From Deltaproteobacteria bacterium (GTDB taxonomy: Bacteria > Myxococcota > Kuafuiibacteriia > Kuafuiibacteriales > Kuafuiibacteriaceae), in the NCBI GenBank assembly GCA_040218735.1, contig JAVJQW010000008.1, positions 1 through 64,000 of the forward strand: a stretch of DNA of 64,000 bases, read 5' to 3'. The notes under the pieces were generated by a model, which saw nothing but the letters and a program-made list of their open reading frames with translations, was not told where the DNA came from and did no database searches. The position numbers and the translations under genes were made by a program. Of this stretch, positions 41,901 through 50,832 are shown piece after piece (position 1 is the stretch's first letter; every line of letters begins with the position of its first letter).

Positions 41901-42646
41901 TCGGTACGGGCGACGTCCGTTATCGCCTCGGCAACTTGGCCGGCGCGGCGGACCGCTACCTCGACGCGCTGACGGTCGTCGGCTCGAGCTCGAACACCAT
42001 GGAGAGCGCGTCGGCGCTGTGGGGGCTCGGCTACGTCGCGCTGTGGCGGGGCCGGCCCGACCGCGCCCGCGGATTGTTCAATCGCCAGCGCCGCATCGCG
42101 GAGCGCACCGCAAATCGGCACGCCGTCGCGCGGTGCCTCAATGGCCTGGCCGAGGTGGCGCGCATCGAAGGCGAGCTCACCGAAGCGGATCGACTCTACG
42201 CCGAAGCGATCGAGATCTTCGACGCGGTGGGATCGCCCGAATCGCAGGTCGGTCAACTCAACCGCGGCCTGGTCCTCCTCGCGCGCGACGAAGCGGAAGA
42301 AGCGCGCAAGCTCATCGAAGGCGTGCGCCCGTCCCTCGAAGCGGCGCACGGGCGCGTGCGCCTCCTCCAGCTGCACGCGATGATGCTCCCGATCGAAGCG
42401 GCGATGGATGCGTGGACTGCGTACGACGCACACTTCGAGATCGTGAAGAACCTGCTCGAGGCGTCGCGGCTCGTCGACGGCGACGTGGCCTGGTCCATCC
42501 AGCTCGGCGCCGACGCCGCCCGCAAGGCCGGCCAAGTGGAGCGCGCGGTCGCCGGCTACCGCGTCACGGTGGGGATGTGGCGGACGCTGACCCGAGACCG
42601 CGAGCTCGCGCAGGCCGAGCAGGCCCTCGGCGCGCTGGGCGCCTAG
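38951..42646 (+). CDS. Ser/Thr protein kinase + P-loop ATPase (AAA_16/STAND-like) + TPR repeats
   Basis: GRGGMA.V, VAVK, HRDIKPGN, DFG, APE; GLAGTGKS; WLDDVH; GNP; helical repeats. TTG at 38951 inferred as start from alignment with the paralog. Confidence 0.9.
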   Translation: MAKLELGPISVEALIGRGGMADVFSGTHVRQNTPVAVKVITATYAMEPMFAQCFENEVQSVARLHHPGIVMVYDYGRIPHDFEFTPKIKLAKDSPYLVMEHAHHGALDRVKHTLKWSALRALLLSLLDALAHAHARGVLHRDIKPGNILVCGANEPRPGIKLTDFGIAHAMEREGVPSASEITGGTPLFMAPEQFDASWRDYGPWTDLYALGCLTFLYATGRPPFVGDHPMALAVSHLRKAPPRFQPEHAMPVGLEAWVLRCLEKDPRDRFRVAADAAWALRALGEPRDESAREREPSVLRVISAPAAPTTPNDAPPPESELSERTYTLVWDNALDRDTEELQDTITDLQLDLDETSGSEETSNVPDDILSFLDDTDDADATEAEIVLRRPDPLLPTTPPLPTSWRRPTPDGPPVHLMGAGLGLYGLRSIPMVGRDRERDLLWHALRLVRDDASARAVVLTGLAGTGKSRLVEWIAQRAVEVGSATVLRATHGPHGSPTEGLPRMVARFLRCTDLERPAVLERSEEVLRRLGATDPYEWQVLTELITPAPLVPDAPLDSSPAALTIPEGRERHAIVLRLIERLTEERPVILWLDDVHYSPDAIQFARFVLNAQNKRRRPVLLLLTAREELLVERALEAKLLDSLLMSPRVGKLEVEPLPLSSHEELVEGLLGLNRHVAHLVAQRTNGNPQYAVQLVGDWVHRGVLTLGDSGFSLVDGESTALPAGMHEVWTKRVELILERHEASQRTALEIAAILGRDVDQIEWEAASKKAGVKPSPALIDDLATRRLAQKTELGFSFSHNMLRETLERIAREQKRYEGLHQLCAEMLYERYGTLTRGMAERIGRHYLAGGCYKDALSPLLRGANERFAASEYLETEELLRDYERALEAINVPKADPRWSDCWVLRARVATVHGRFEEATSWATRAENNARRWDRTRVVAEALRERAQIAYHRGEPEEALDLYQGARKLFEELEDSRGVARCQIGTGDVRYRLGNLAGAADRYLDALTVVGSSSNTMESASALWGLGYVALWRGRPDRARGLFNRQRRIAERTANRHAVARCLNGLAEVARIEGELTEADRLYAEAIEIFDAVGSPESQVGQLNRGLVLLARDEAEEARKLIEGVRPSLEAAHGRVRLLQLHAMMLPIEAAMDAWTAYDAHFEIVKNLLEASRLVDGDVAWSIQLGADAARKAGQVERAVAGYRVTVGMWRTLTRDRELAQAEQALGALGA

Positions 42647-42704
42647 GGGGCCGGCCGATCGTCGGGTCGTATCGAACCGCCTGGTCTCGTAGGATCGCGA
42701 ATCG

Positions 42705-45700
42705 GTGAGCCCCCGTCCCATACCCTTGGGCCCGTTCGAGCTGCTGAGCCCGCTCGGACGCGGCGGCATGGCGATCGTCTGGGAGGGCGTCCACCGCGGC
42801 CAGGGCGTCCCGGTCGCGGTCAAGGTCATCACCAGCTCCCGGGCGCGACAGCAGCGTTTCCGGCGGGCGTTCGGGAGTGAGGTGCAGGCGGTCGCGAGCC
42901 TGGAGCACCCCGGCATCGTGATGGTCCTCGACCACGGCGAAGTCACCAAGGAGGCCCAGGACGCCTCCGAGGGGAAGCTCATGGCCGGGTCGCCGTACCT
43001 CGCGATGGAGCTCGCGAGCTGGGGCTCGCTCGACAAGGTCCACACGCCGCTGCGCTGGGACGACCTCGTCCGCACGCTCCTCGGCCTCCTCGACGCGCTC
43101 GCCCACGCACACGCGCGCGGCGTGATCCACCGCGACCTCAAGCCGGGCAACGTCCTGATGTCCGCGCCGACCGACGTGCGCCCCGGCCTCAAGCTCACCG
43201 ACTTCGGCATCGCCCACGCGCTCGACCACGAGGTGCGCGAGGGCGACGAGAGTAGCGGCACGCCGCACTTCATGGCGCCCGAGCAGTTCATGGGCGCGTG
43301 GCGCGACTACGGACCGTGGACCGATCTGTACGCGGTCGGCTGCCTGTCGTGTGTCCTCGCGTCGGGCAAGCTCCCGTTCTCCGGCGACAGCGCCGTGCAG
43401 CTCGCGTACGCCCACCTCAACCGGCCGCCGCCGGATCTCGAAGGCGCCCCCGAGCCGTTCGTGAACTGGGTTCATCGCCTCATGCAGAAGGACCCGCGCG
43501 ACCGTTATCGCCACGCCGCCGACGCGGGTTGGGCGCTCATGCGCATCTCGGACAAGCTCGCGAAGAAGAAGAAGCTCCGCGGGCTCTCCGCCGTCCCGGA
43601 CAGCCCGATGCGCTTCGTGCCCACCGAAGTGACGGAGGCCGCGAAGGAAGACACCCCGCCGGACCTCCCCACCGAGCTCGAGCCGAACGTCGATCTCGAA
43701 GACGGCACCGCCGTGGAGCTCAGCGTCGCGGCGGTGCGAAACCTCGGCGCCGCGATCCCCACGCACGACGTCAACCCGTTGCCGCCCGTGACGATCGTCG
43801 GCGACGAAGGCGAGCTCGCGACGGTCATGGGTCACACCCGCGCCGGCCTCACGCTGCCGTGGGTCGGCGAGCAAGGCTTCACGCCCGCGAGCGGAATGAC
43901 CCCAGCGTCCGTCCGCCCCTTGTCGATCGGAGAGGTGCGCGCTCCGCCGCTCGCGCCGCGCGACCTCCCGCCCCTGCCGCGCACCTGGCGACGTGAGCAG
44001 AACGTACGGGTCTCGATGCCGCTCGTCGGCGCGGGTCTCGGCCTCTACGGCCTGCGCGCGATCCCGATGGTCGACCGCGACGAAGAACGCGACACCATCT
44101 GGTCGACGCTCCGCACCGTGCGCGAAGAACGCACCGCGCGCGCGATCGTCCTGCGCGGCGCGGCCGGCAACGGGAAGAGCCGCGTGGTCGAGTGGATGAC
44201 CCAGCGCGCCAACGAGGTCGGGAGCGCGCACGTGCTCAAGGCCGTGCACGGCCCGATCGCCGGACCGCTCGACGGCATCGCGCGCATGGTGGCGCGACAC
44301 CTCCGCTGCGCCGATCTCCCGCGCGACAAGATCTTCGAGCGCACGAAGAAGCTCCTCACGGAGGACGGCATCAGCGACGAGTACGAGTGGGCGGCGCTCA
44401 CGGAGCTGATGAGCCCGGCGATGACGCTCGACCCGCAGACGCAGCAGCGCCACGTGCGGTTCTCGAACCGCGCGGAGCAGCACGTCCTCGTGCGTCGTTT
44501 GCTGGAGCGGCTCGCGAAGAAACGCCCGGTCATCGTGTGGCTGGAGGACGTGCAGTGGGGGAGCGACGCCGTGAACTTCGCCGCGCACATGCTCCGCGCG
44601 CAGGCGCAGTCGCCGAGCTCCGTCCTGCTGCTGCTGACCGTGCGCGACGAAGCGCTCGAGGAGCGCCCGCTCGAGACCAAGACCGTCGCGGATCTCGCGG
44701 CGCTCCCCGGGTGCTCGTCGGTGCAGATCGCGCCGCTGTCCAAGCTCGACCAGGAGCGGTTGGTGAGCGAGCTGCTCGTGCTCGACGGAGAGCTGGCGTC
44801 GCAGGTCGCGGACCGCACCGACGGCAACCCTCTGTTTGCGATCCAGCTCGTGGGCGACTGGGTGCAGCGCGGCGTGTTGGAGGTCGCGGAGTCGGGTTTC
44901 GTGCTCCAGCGGGGCGAGGACGCGCAGCTCCCCGACGACATCCACCAGCTGTGGACGCGCCGGATCAACCGCGTGCTCGGCGGTCAACCCAAGGCGTCGC
45001 GCCTCGCGTTGGAGGTCGCCGCGACGTTGGGGCACGAGGTCGAGGCCGACGAGTGGCAAGCGACGGTCGCGGAGTACGGCGAGCAGATCCCGCCGCTGCT
45101 CCTGATCCTCTTGATCGAGCACCGCCTCGCCGTGAGCGAGGGTGAGGCGTGGTCGTTCGCGCACGGGATGCTGCGCGAGAGCATGGAGCGCTCGGCGAAG
45201 GAGCGGGGGCGCCTCCAGGAGCACCACCGCGCGTGTGCGCGCATGCTCGAGGCCCGCTACGGCGCGCGCGCGCCGGGGGTGCCGGAGCGCCTCGGCCGAC
45301 ACTACCTCGCAGCGCGGGAACACGTACGGGCGCTCGGCCCGTTGCTCGAGGGCGCCCGCGCGCGCTTCGCCACGAGTGAGTTCGCGGAGGCGCTCGCGTT
45401 GATCAAGTTGCGTGAGGAAGCGCTCGAACACCTGCAGGCGCCCGAGGACGACGTGCGCTGGGGTGAGTGTTGGATCCTGCGCGCCCGCATCAACACGGTG
45501 CAGGGGCACTTCGACGCCGCGCAGCGCTGGGCGGAGCGCGCGGAGCGACAGGCGCAGCGTTGGAACTGGCAAGACATCCTGCCGCTCGCGCTCGAACGGT
45601 TGGCGCACGTCGCCCACGAGCGCGGCGATCAGAAGGTCTCGATCGATCGCTTCGAAGCGGCCAAGGCCTTGTTCGAGCGCAACGAAGACCACCACGGAAT

Positions 45701-46457
45701 CGCCGCGTGCATCCTCGGAGTCGGCGAGGCGGTGTATCGGTTCGGCGATCTGGAGCGCGCGGAGCGTTACTACGAGCAGGCGCTCTCACGCTTCGAAGCG
45801 CTGGACGACGCGGGCTCCATCGCAGAGTGCCTGGAGGGCCTCGGCTTCGTCGCGCTGTGGCGCGGCGACGTGGAGGAGGCGGCGAGCCTCTTCGCGCGAG
45901 ACCTCGCGCTGCTCGAGTCGGCCGGTAACCGCCTGAAGCTCGCTCGCGCGGTGGGTGCGATGGGGGAGGCGGCGCGACAGGCCGGGCACCTCGACGAAGC
46001 GGAGCAACACTACCGGCGCGCGCTCGCGATCGACGAGGCGATCGGTTCGAGCTCGACGTGGTTGGACCGGCTCAACCTCGGGTTGGTGCTCCTCGCGCGC
46101 GGTGAGTTCGAGCAAGCGCACCAGATCATCGAAGCGGTGCGCGCGACGCTCGGCGAGCGCGGCGAGCCATCCCAGATGTGGGCGGTGCACTGTCAGCTGC
46201 TCCCGACGCTCGCGGAGAAGCGCGACTGGGACGCGTGGGACCAGCACTACCGCGAGGGAACCCGCCTGCTGAAGGCGCTGCGCCTCAAGGACGGCGACGC
46301 CGCCTGGCTCCTTGCCCTCGCCGGCGACCGCGCACGCCTCGCCGACGCCCCGGTGCGCGCGCGCCACGTCTACGAGCAAGCTCTCGCGCAGTGGCAGGCG
46401 TTGGGCCGCCCGGACAAGGTCGCCGAGGTCGAAGAGGCGATCGCCTCACTCGGCTAA
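42705..46457 (+). CDS. Ser/Thr protein kinase + P-loop ATPase + TPR repeats (tandem paralog)
   Basis: HRDLKPGN, DFG, APE; GAAGNGKS; WLEDVQW; GNPLF; TPR-like repeats. Confidence 0.92.
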   Translation: MSPRPIPLGPFELLSPLGRGGMAIVWEGVHRGQGVPVAVKVITSSRARQQRFRRAFGSEVQAVASLEHPGIVMVLDHGEVTKEAQDASEGKLMAGSPYLAMELASWGSLDKVHTPLRWDDLVRTLLGLLDALAHAHARGVIHRDLKPGNVLMSAPTDVRPGLKLTDFGIAHALDHEVREGDESSGTPHFMAPEQFMGAWRDYGPWTDLYAVGCLSCVLASGKLPFSGDSAVQLAYAHLNRPPPDLEGAPEPFVNWVHRLMQKDPRDRYRHAADAGWALMRISDKLAKKKKLRGLSAVPDSPMRFVPTEVTEAAKEDTPPDLPTELEPNVDLEDGTAVELSVAAVRNLGAAIPTHDVNPLPPVTIVGDEGELATVMGHTRAGLTLPWVGEQGFTPASGMTPASVRPLSIGEVRAPPLAPRDLPPLPRTWRREQNVRVSMPLVGAGLGLYGLRAIPMVDRDEERDTIWSTLRTVREERTARAIVLRGAAGNGKSRVVEWMTQRANEVGSAHVLKAVHGPIAGPLDGIARMVARHLRCADLPRDKIFERTKKLLTEDGISDEYEWAALTELMSPAMTLDPQTQQRHVRFSNRAEQHVLVRRLLERLAKKRPVIVWLEDVQWGSDAVNFAAHMLRAQAQSPSSVLLLLTVRDEALEERPLETKTVADLAALPGCSSVQIAPLSKLDQERLVSELLVLDGELASQVADRTDGNPLFAIQLVGDWVQRGVLEVAESGFVLQRGEDAQLPDDIHQLWTRRINRVLGGQPKASRLALEVAATLGHEVEADEWQATVAEYGEQIPPLLLILLIEHRLAVSEGEAWSFAHGMLRESMERSAKERGRLQEHHRACARMLEARYGARAPGVPERLGRHYLAAREHVRALGPLLEGARARFATSEFAEALALIKLREEALEHLQAPEDDVRWGECWILRARINTVQGHFDAAQRWAERAERQAQRWNWQDILPLALERLAHVAHERGDQKVSIDRFEAAKALFERNEDHHGIAACILGVGEAVYRFGDLERAERYYEQALSRFEALDDAGSIAECLEGLGFVALWRGDVEEAASLFARDLALLESAGNRLKLARAVGAMGEAARQAGHLDEAEQHYRRALAIDEAIGSSSTWLDRLNLGLVLLARGEFEQAHQIIEAVRATLGERGEPSQMWAVHCQLLPTLAEKRDWDAWDQHYREGTRLLKALRLKDGDAAWLLALAGDRARLADAPVRARHVYEQALAQWQALGRPDKVAEVEEAIASLG

Positions 46458-48520
46458 CGCGGCGGCGCGCGCGACGGCCACTGATACACCCCGCCCGCGT
46501 ACGTCGCCGCGACGACGCGACCACGGCCCACGGTGAGGTTCCACGGCAGCCACGAGGTCTCGAGGACCTCGACCAGCGTCGGGAGCGCCGGGTTCGAGAT
46601 GTCGACCACGGACACTCCGTCCAAGAGCGCGACGAAGAAGCGGTCGCCCGCGAGCGCGACCGGGCCTCCCGTGCGGTCGCTCCCGGCGGTCCATCGGCCG
46701 AGCGGCACCGGCGCGGCGGGCACGGAGATGTCGTAGACGTGCACGCCGTCCTCGCACGCGACCACGAGGCGGGTGCCCTCGATCGCGACACCCACGCCGG
46801 AGTCGCAGTCCGATGCGTACGCGACGAGCTGGATGTTCGTCGGGTCGGCCACGTCGTAGACGTAGAGCCCACCCGGCAGGCCGAGCGCGGACGCCGCGAC
46901 GAAGACGTGGGTTCCGCTGCCCTCGATGTCGCGCACGAACGCGCTCGGGTGTGAGCCGAGCTCCGTGGGCCCGTCGCGGCCGCCCGTCGAGAAGACCCGG
47001 ATCGAGCCGCCGTTGGTCCCCTCCCCCACCACGACGTACGGACCGGCGAACGTCAGCGCGGTCGGGTAGCCGGCGGTCGGCACCGTCGCGATGACGGTCG
47101 GGTTCGTCGCGTCCGAGATGTCGAAGGCCCACAGCCCCGTGAACCAGTCCGCGACGTAGGCGACGTCTCCGTCGACCACGACCTCCTCGAAGTCCGTGTC
47201 CAGCTCCCAGTGACGGCCGAGCAAGGTGAGGTCGTCCGCGCGCAGCACGCCGACGGCGCCAACCGCGCCGGGCGCAGTCTCGGTGACGGCGATGCGCTGG
47301 CCCCACGTCGTCGCGGAGTAGCAGTACGCACAAGGCCCGGTGTGGGTCTCGCCGAGGGAGGTCGCGCCCGACGTAATGTCGAACGCCTCGACCATGCCCT
47401 GGTAGTCGACGAACACCAGGCGGCCCGCCTCCGCGGCGCCGGCGGTGAGCGCCCAGATGCCGGTGCCGTACGACGGGCTCGCGACGATCGCCGCGGGGTT
47501 CGAGAGATCGAGCCGTCGCAGCTGACCGTCCGGGTTCAACCAGACGCCGTCTTCGTCCGCGGCGGAGGCGTAGATGGGTACGGCGGGGCTCGTGTACAGC
47601 CGCGTCAACGACGGGAGCGACGCGAGGTCCTCGACCGTCGCGCCGTTGTGACCTCGCGTCAGGAGCAGCCCGCCCGGGAGGAGCTCGCTCCCCACCACGC
47701 CGAGGTTGGCGCGCCCGAGGGACTCGAACGTCGTGGTGTCGAACGCCTCGACCGCACGTTGTCCGTTGAACGCATTCGACACCGCGAGCAGGCGGCTGCC
47801 GTGCACCCGCAGATCGACGACGTGGTACGTCTCGATCATCGACTGCACCACCGGCCGCGCCGGGTCGGCGAGGTCGAGGATGTAGATGCCGTGCTCTGCG
47901 TCCGAGACGTAGAGACGGGTCCCGTCGATCAACGTCGCGACGAGTCGCGAGTACGTCCCGTTGCCGAGGCGCATCACGCCGACCTCGACCGGGTGGCCGA
48001 TCGTCGACGTGTCGATGACGTGCAGGTGACTGTCCAACGAATCGACGGTGGTGACGTACGTGTAGTCGCCGTGCGGAGCGATCGCGCTGACCAACCCCGA
48101 GAGCGCTTCACTCTGACCGAGCCGCGCTGGCTGTTGTGTCACGTCCCAGATCGTCAGACGGGGCCCCACGCCGACGTACGCGAGCCCTTGGTACAGCTCG
48201 ACGGTCTCGGTGCGACCGCCCGCATGCTCGACGAGGATCGGGGGCTCGGGATCTTCGACGCCAGCGTCGCGGCCCCCGTCGTAGGGTTCGGTCCCGCCGT
48301 CCCGGAACCCTGCGTCGCGCGGCACGCTTGCGTCGGTGACGAAGCCCGCGTCACGTTCGGTCGCGGCGTCCATGGGTTCGAACCCCGCATCGCGGTGATG
48401 CGGGACGTGAGCGTCCGGTGTGCTCGGGTCGATGTCGGTGCCGCCGGGGCACCCGGTGAGTACGGTGAGCGCGATCGCAGCGATCACTGCGGAGGGATGG
48501 AGACGTCGCACGAGCATCAT
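46454..48520 (-). CDS. LVIVD-repeat beta-propeller lipoprotein
   Basis: LTGC lipobox; RDAG repeats; many YV.D...GL...DIS.P..P repeats. Confidence 0.85.
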   Translation of the reverse strand: MMLVRRLHPSAVIAAIALTVLTGCPGGTDIDPSTPDAHVPHHRDAGFEPMDAATERDAGFVTDASVPRDAGFRDGGTEPYDGGRDAGVEDPEPPILVEHAGGRTETVELYQGLAYVGVGPRLTIWDVTQQPARLGQSEALSGLVSAIAPHGDYTYVTTVDSLDSHLHVIDTSTIGHPVEVGVMRLGNGTYSRLVATLIDGTRLYVSDAEHGIYILDLADPARPVVQSMIETYHVVDLRVHGSRLLAVSNAFNGQRAVEAFDTTTFESLGRANLGVVGSELLPGGLLLTRGHNGATVEDLASLPSLTRLYTSPAVPIYASAADEDGVWLNPDGQLRRLDLSNPAAIVASPSYGTGIWALTAGAAEAGRLVFVDYQGMVEAFDITSGATSLGETHTGPCAYCYSATTWGQRIAVTETAPGAVGAVGVLRADDLTLLGRHWELDTDFEEVVVDGDVAYVADWFTGLWAFDISDATNPTVIATVPTAGYPTALTFAGPYVVVGEGTNGGSIRVFSTGGRDGPTELGSHPSAFVRDIEGSGTHVFVAASALGLPGGLYVYDVADPTNIQLVAYASDCDSGVGVAIEGTRLVVACEDGVHVYDISVPAAPVPLGRWTAGSDRTGGPVALAGDRFFVALLDGVSVVDISNPALPTLVEVLETSWLPWNLTVGRGRVVAATYAGGVYQWPSRAPPR

Positions 48521-48645
48521 GAGATGACCCTCGAACCAGCCTTTTCGATTTTCAGGGGAAGGAGTCACCCACGCCCCAGTGGCGTGGATGAAAAAAGCAT
48601 CTGCTCACATCCGAACGCTCGTCAACGAAGTTCGACGGCCCCGCG

Positions 48646-49848
48646 TCAGTTACCGGGACCGAGGCTGCGCAGACGTTCCTCGGCGTCGAGGCGTTCGTTC
48701 TCGTGCGCAATCTTTCCGGACACGACGCCGCCGCAACCCGGGCAAGTCTCTTCGCCACCGTCGAGGGCGTGCGCGCAGTTCGGGTCGGAGCACTTCGAAA
48801 CGTGCTGGCGGTACGCGAAGCGGGCGACCAGAGTCACGAAGACCGCGGCGCCCATGTACGCGACGATCCCCAGTTTCGGGAGCGCAACGAGACCGACCAC
48901 CGCCCCGATGCCACCGCACAACAACCACCCGGGTCGAAACGTCCGCTCGACGTGGAACACACGACGCCCGGCGACGGGCGCCACCTCCGGTTCGGGCTCG
49001 GGGTCCGGCAGGTCGAGGAGCGCCTGGGGCACGGACGTGATCGGGTCCAGCGCGCCCGGGTCGAACGGGTCGTTCCCCTCCGGCGGCGCGCTGACGGCGG
49101 CGCGCAGGGTGTCGTCGTCCTTCAACGAACGCAACGCCGCCGCGAACATCGCCGCCTGGGTGGTCTCCAGCTCGCCCTTCAGCCGACGCACCGCCGAGCC
49201 GTCCAACCCGCGTGCGTCGGCGTACGCGGCGAGCGCGAAGCTCATCGCCTGCGGCGGGAGGTACCCGAGCGAAGCGTGTGACCACTCCGTGTACGCCATG
49301 TAACCGACGAGCTCGCCGGAGCTTCGGTACAGGTAGCTCGCGTTCGTGCTGAGGAGGCCGAAGCCCAGATAAATCGTCGTGAGGTCCGTGAGGCGCTCCT
49401 CCTCCTCGGCGTCCTCCGACTCCAACCCGTGGTAGCAGCGAAAGGCGTGCGCGACCTCGTGCGCCATGGCGGCGACGAGGCGCTCTGCATCGCCGAGCAA
49501 CGTGACCTCGGCGCCGAAGTGACAGGTCGTGCCTTCGACCCCCGCGAACCAGGCCGCCGCGCCCGCGTGGTGCGACTGCGTCCCGGACGCCGTCGTCTCG
49601 ACGACCGGTTGCTCCCCGACGAACACCGCGATGCTCGGCTCCAGCTCGCCCAACCCCGCGAACCCGAGCAACCGACGCGCGAGCACGTACACCCCCGCGG
49701 CGTTCGGGGACCACGCGTCGACGAAGAAGGTGTCGTTCGGCAAGACGATCGCTGCGTCGAGGATTCGCTGCCGACCGCAGGCATCCACGAGATCTCGGAG
49801 TCGCTCGAGGATCCACGTGCGCTCGGCGGGCGTGGGGAGCTTCTGCAC
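48646..49848 (-). CDS. Hypothetical HEXXH metalloprotein with TM hairpin and C-terminal zinc ribbon
   Basis: MAHEVAH, EERLTDLTTIYLGFG, GYL; two TMs; CSDPNC...CPGC. Confidence 0.75.
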   Translation of the reverse strand: MQKLPTPAERTWILERLRDLVDACGRQRILDAAIVLPNDTFFVDAWSPNAAGVYVLARRLLGFAGLGELEPSIAVFVGEQPVVETTASGTQSHHAGAAAWFAGVEGTTCHFGAEVTLLGDAERLVAAMAHEVAHAFRCYHGLESEDAEEEERLTDLTTIYLGFGLLSTNASYLYRSSGELVGYMAYTEWSHASLGYLPPQAMSFALAAYADARGLDGSAVRRLKGELETTQAAMFAAALRSLKDDDTLRAAVSAPPEGNDPFDPGALDPITSVPQALLDLPDPEPEPEVAPVAGRRVFHVERTFRPGWLLCGGIGAVVGLVALPKLGIVAYMGAAVFVTLVARFAYRQHVSKCSDPNCAHALDGGEETCPGCGGVVSGKIAHENERLDAEERLRSLGPGN

Positions 49849-49858
49849 GAGCGCGAGC

Positions 49859-50809
49859 CTAAGCCGAGAACCCCGCCTTGCGAAGCGCGGAGCGCCCGCG
49901 TGCGCCGATCGGGTTGTCGTCGAGTCGGAGCGTGCACCGGCCGGGGTCGATCACGTTCGCGAGCGCCGTCGCGCCGCGGTCGCCGATGTCGGCGTCCGAG
50001 AGATCGAGCCGCCGCAACGCCTCGGCGGGCCCGGCGGCGAGCAACGCGTCGACGCCATCGTCGTCGATCGGATTGCTCGCGGCGACGAGGCTCTCGAGGT
50101 CGCCGAGCCGCGCGACCGCCGCGACGCTCGTCGTCGACGTGCTGGCCACGTTGAGGAGGCGCAGACCTCTACGGCCGGCGAGCGCCTCGACGCCCTCCGT
50201 CTGCAGCGGGTTGTCTTCGAGGTAGAGCGATCGAACCCCCGCGAGGTGCGGCGAGTCGCCGAGCGCACGCGCGCCGCGCGAACCGACGCCGTTCATCCGA
50301 ATGTTCAGCTCCACGACGGAGCGAAGGCTCGCCGTGTTCGCGACGAGCTCGGCGCCCGCGTCGCCGAGCTCGTTGATGCCGAGGTGCAGCTGCTCCAGCT
50401 CGGCGGCGAGCGGGCTGTCGAGGACCGGCGCGAGGCCGTCCGCGGTGAGTTGGTTGCAGCAGAGGTTGAGGTTCTTCAGCTGGGTGAGTGACTTCGAAGC
50501 CGCGAGGTGGGCAGCGCCCTCGTTCTGCAGGTCATTGTTGTAGAGGTAGAGAGTGCGCAGGGCGGAGAGTACCTGCGCCTCGGCCAGCGTTCGCGCCCCT
50601 GCCTCGCCGATTCGGTTCCAGCCGAGGACGAGGTGCCGCAGGCCGGGGCCGACGTTGTCGACGAGCGCGCGCACCGCGGCGTCGTCGAGGTCGCAGCGCA
50701 TGAGGCGGAGATCTTCGATGTCCCGGTTCGCCGGGTCCTTCAGTAGCGCCGCCACGGCGTCGGCGTCGAGCGCGCGGCCGATGACGCGCAGCGAGGTTCG
50801 TTCGGCCAT
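49859..50809 (-). CDS. Leucine-rich repeat protein (RI-like/GALA-type)
   Basis: Repeated L..L.L..N.IGD.GA..LA units. Confidence 0.9.
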   Translation of the reverse strand: MAERTSLRVIGRALDADAVAALLKDPANRDIEDLRLMRCDLDDAAVRALVDNVGPGLRHLVLGWNRIGEAGARTLAEAQVLSALRTLYLYNNDLQNEGAAHLAASKSLTQLKNLNLCCNQLTADGLAPVLDSPLAAELEQLHLGINELGDAGAELVANTASLRSVVELNIRMNGVGSRGARALGDSPHLAGVRSLYLEDNPLQTEGVEALAGRRGLRLLNVASTSTTSVAAVARLGDLESLVAASNPIDDDGVDALLAAGPAEALRRLDLSDADIGDRGATALANVIDPGRCTLRLDDNPIGARGRSALRKAGFSA

Positions 50810-50832
50810 GGGTCGAGTCTATACTGGATGGG
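50810..50832. promoter_or_regulatory. Candidate bidirectional leaderless promoter
   Basis: The 23-bp gap between divergent ATGs contains TATACT (+, 7 nt before ATG 50833) overlapping TAGACT (-, 6 nt before ATG 50809). No SD motif. Confidence 0.5.

Noticed and set aside
48568-48600. Hairpin CCACGCC-N5-GGCGTGG next to an A-run as a terminator
   Set aside because: The A/T run is on the wrong side for a minus-strand intrinsic terminator, and no plus-strand gene ends here.
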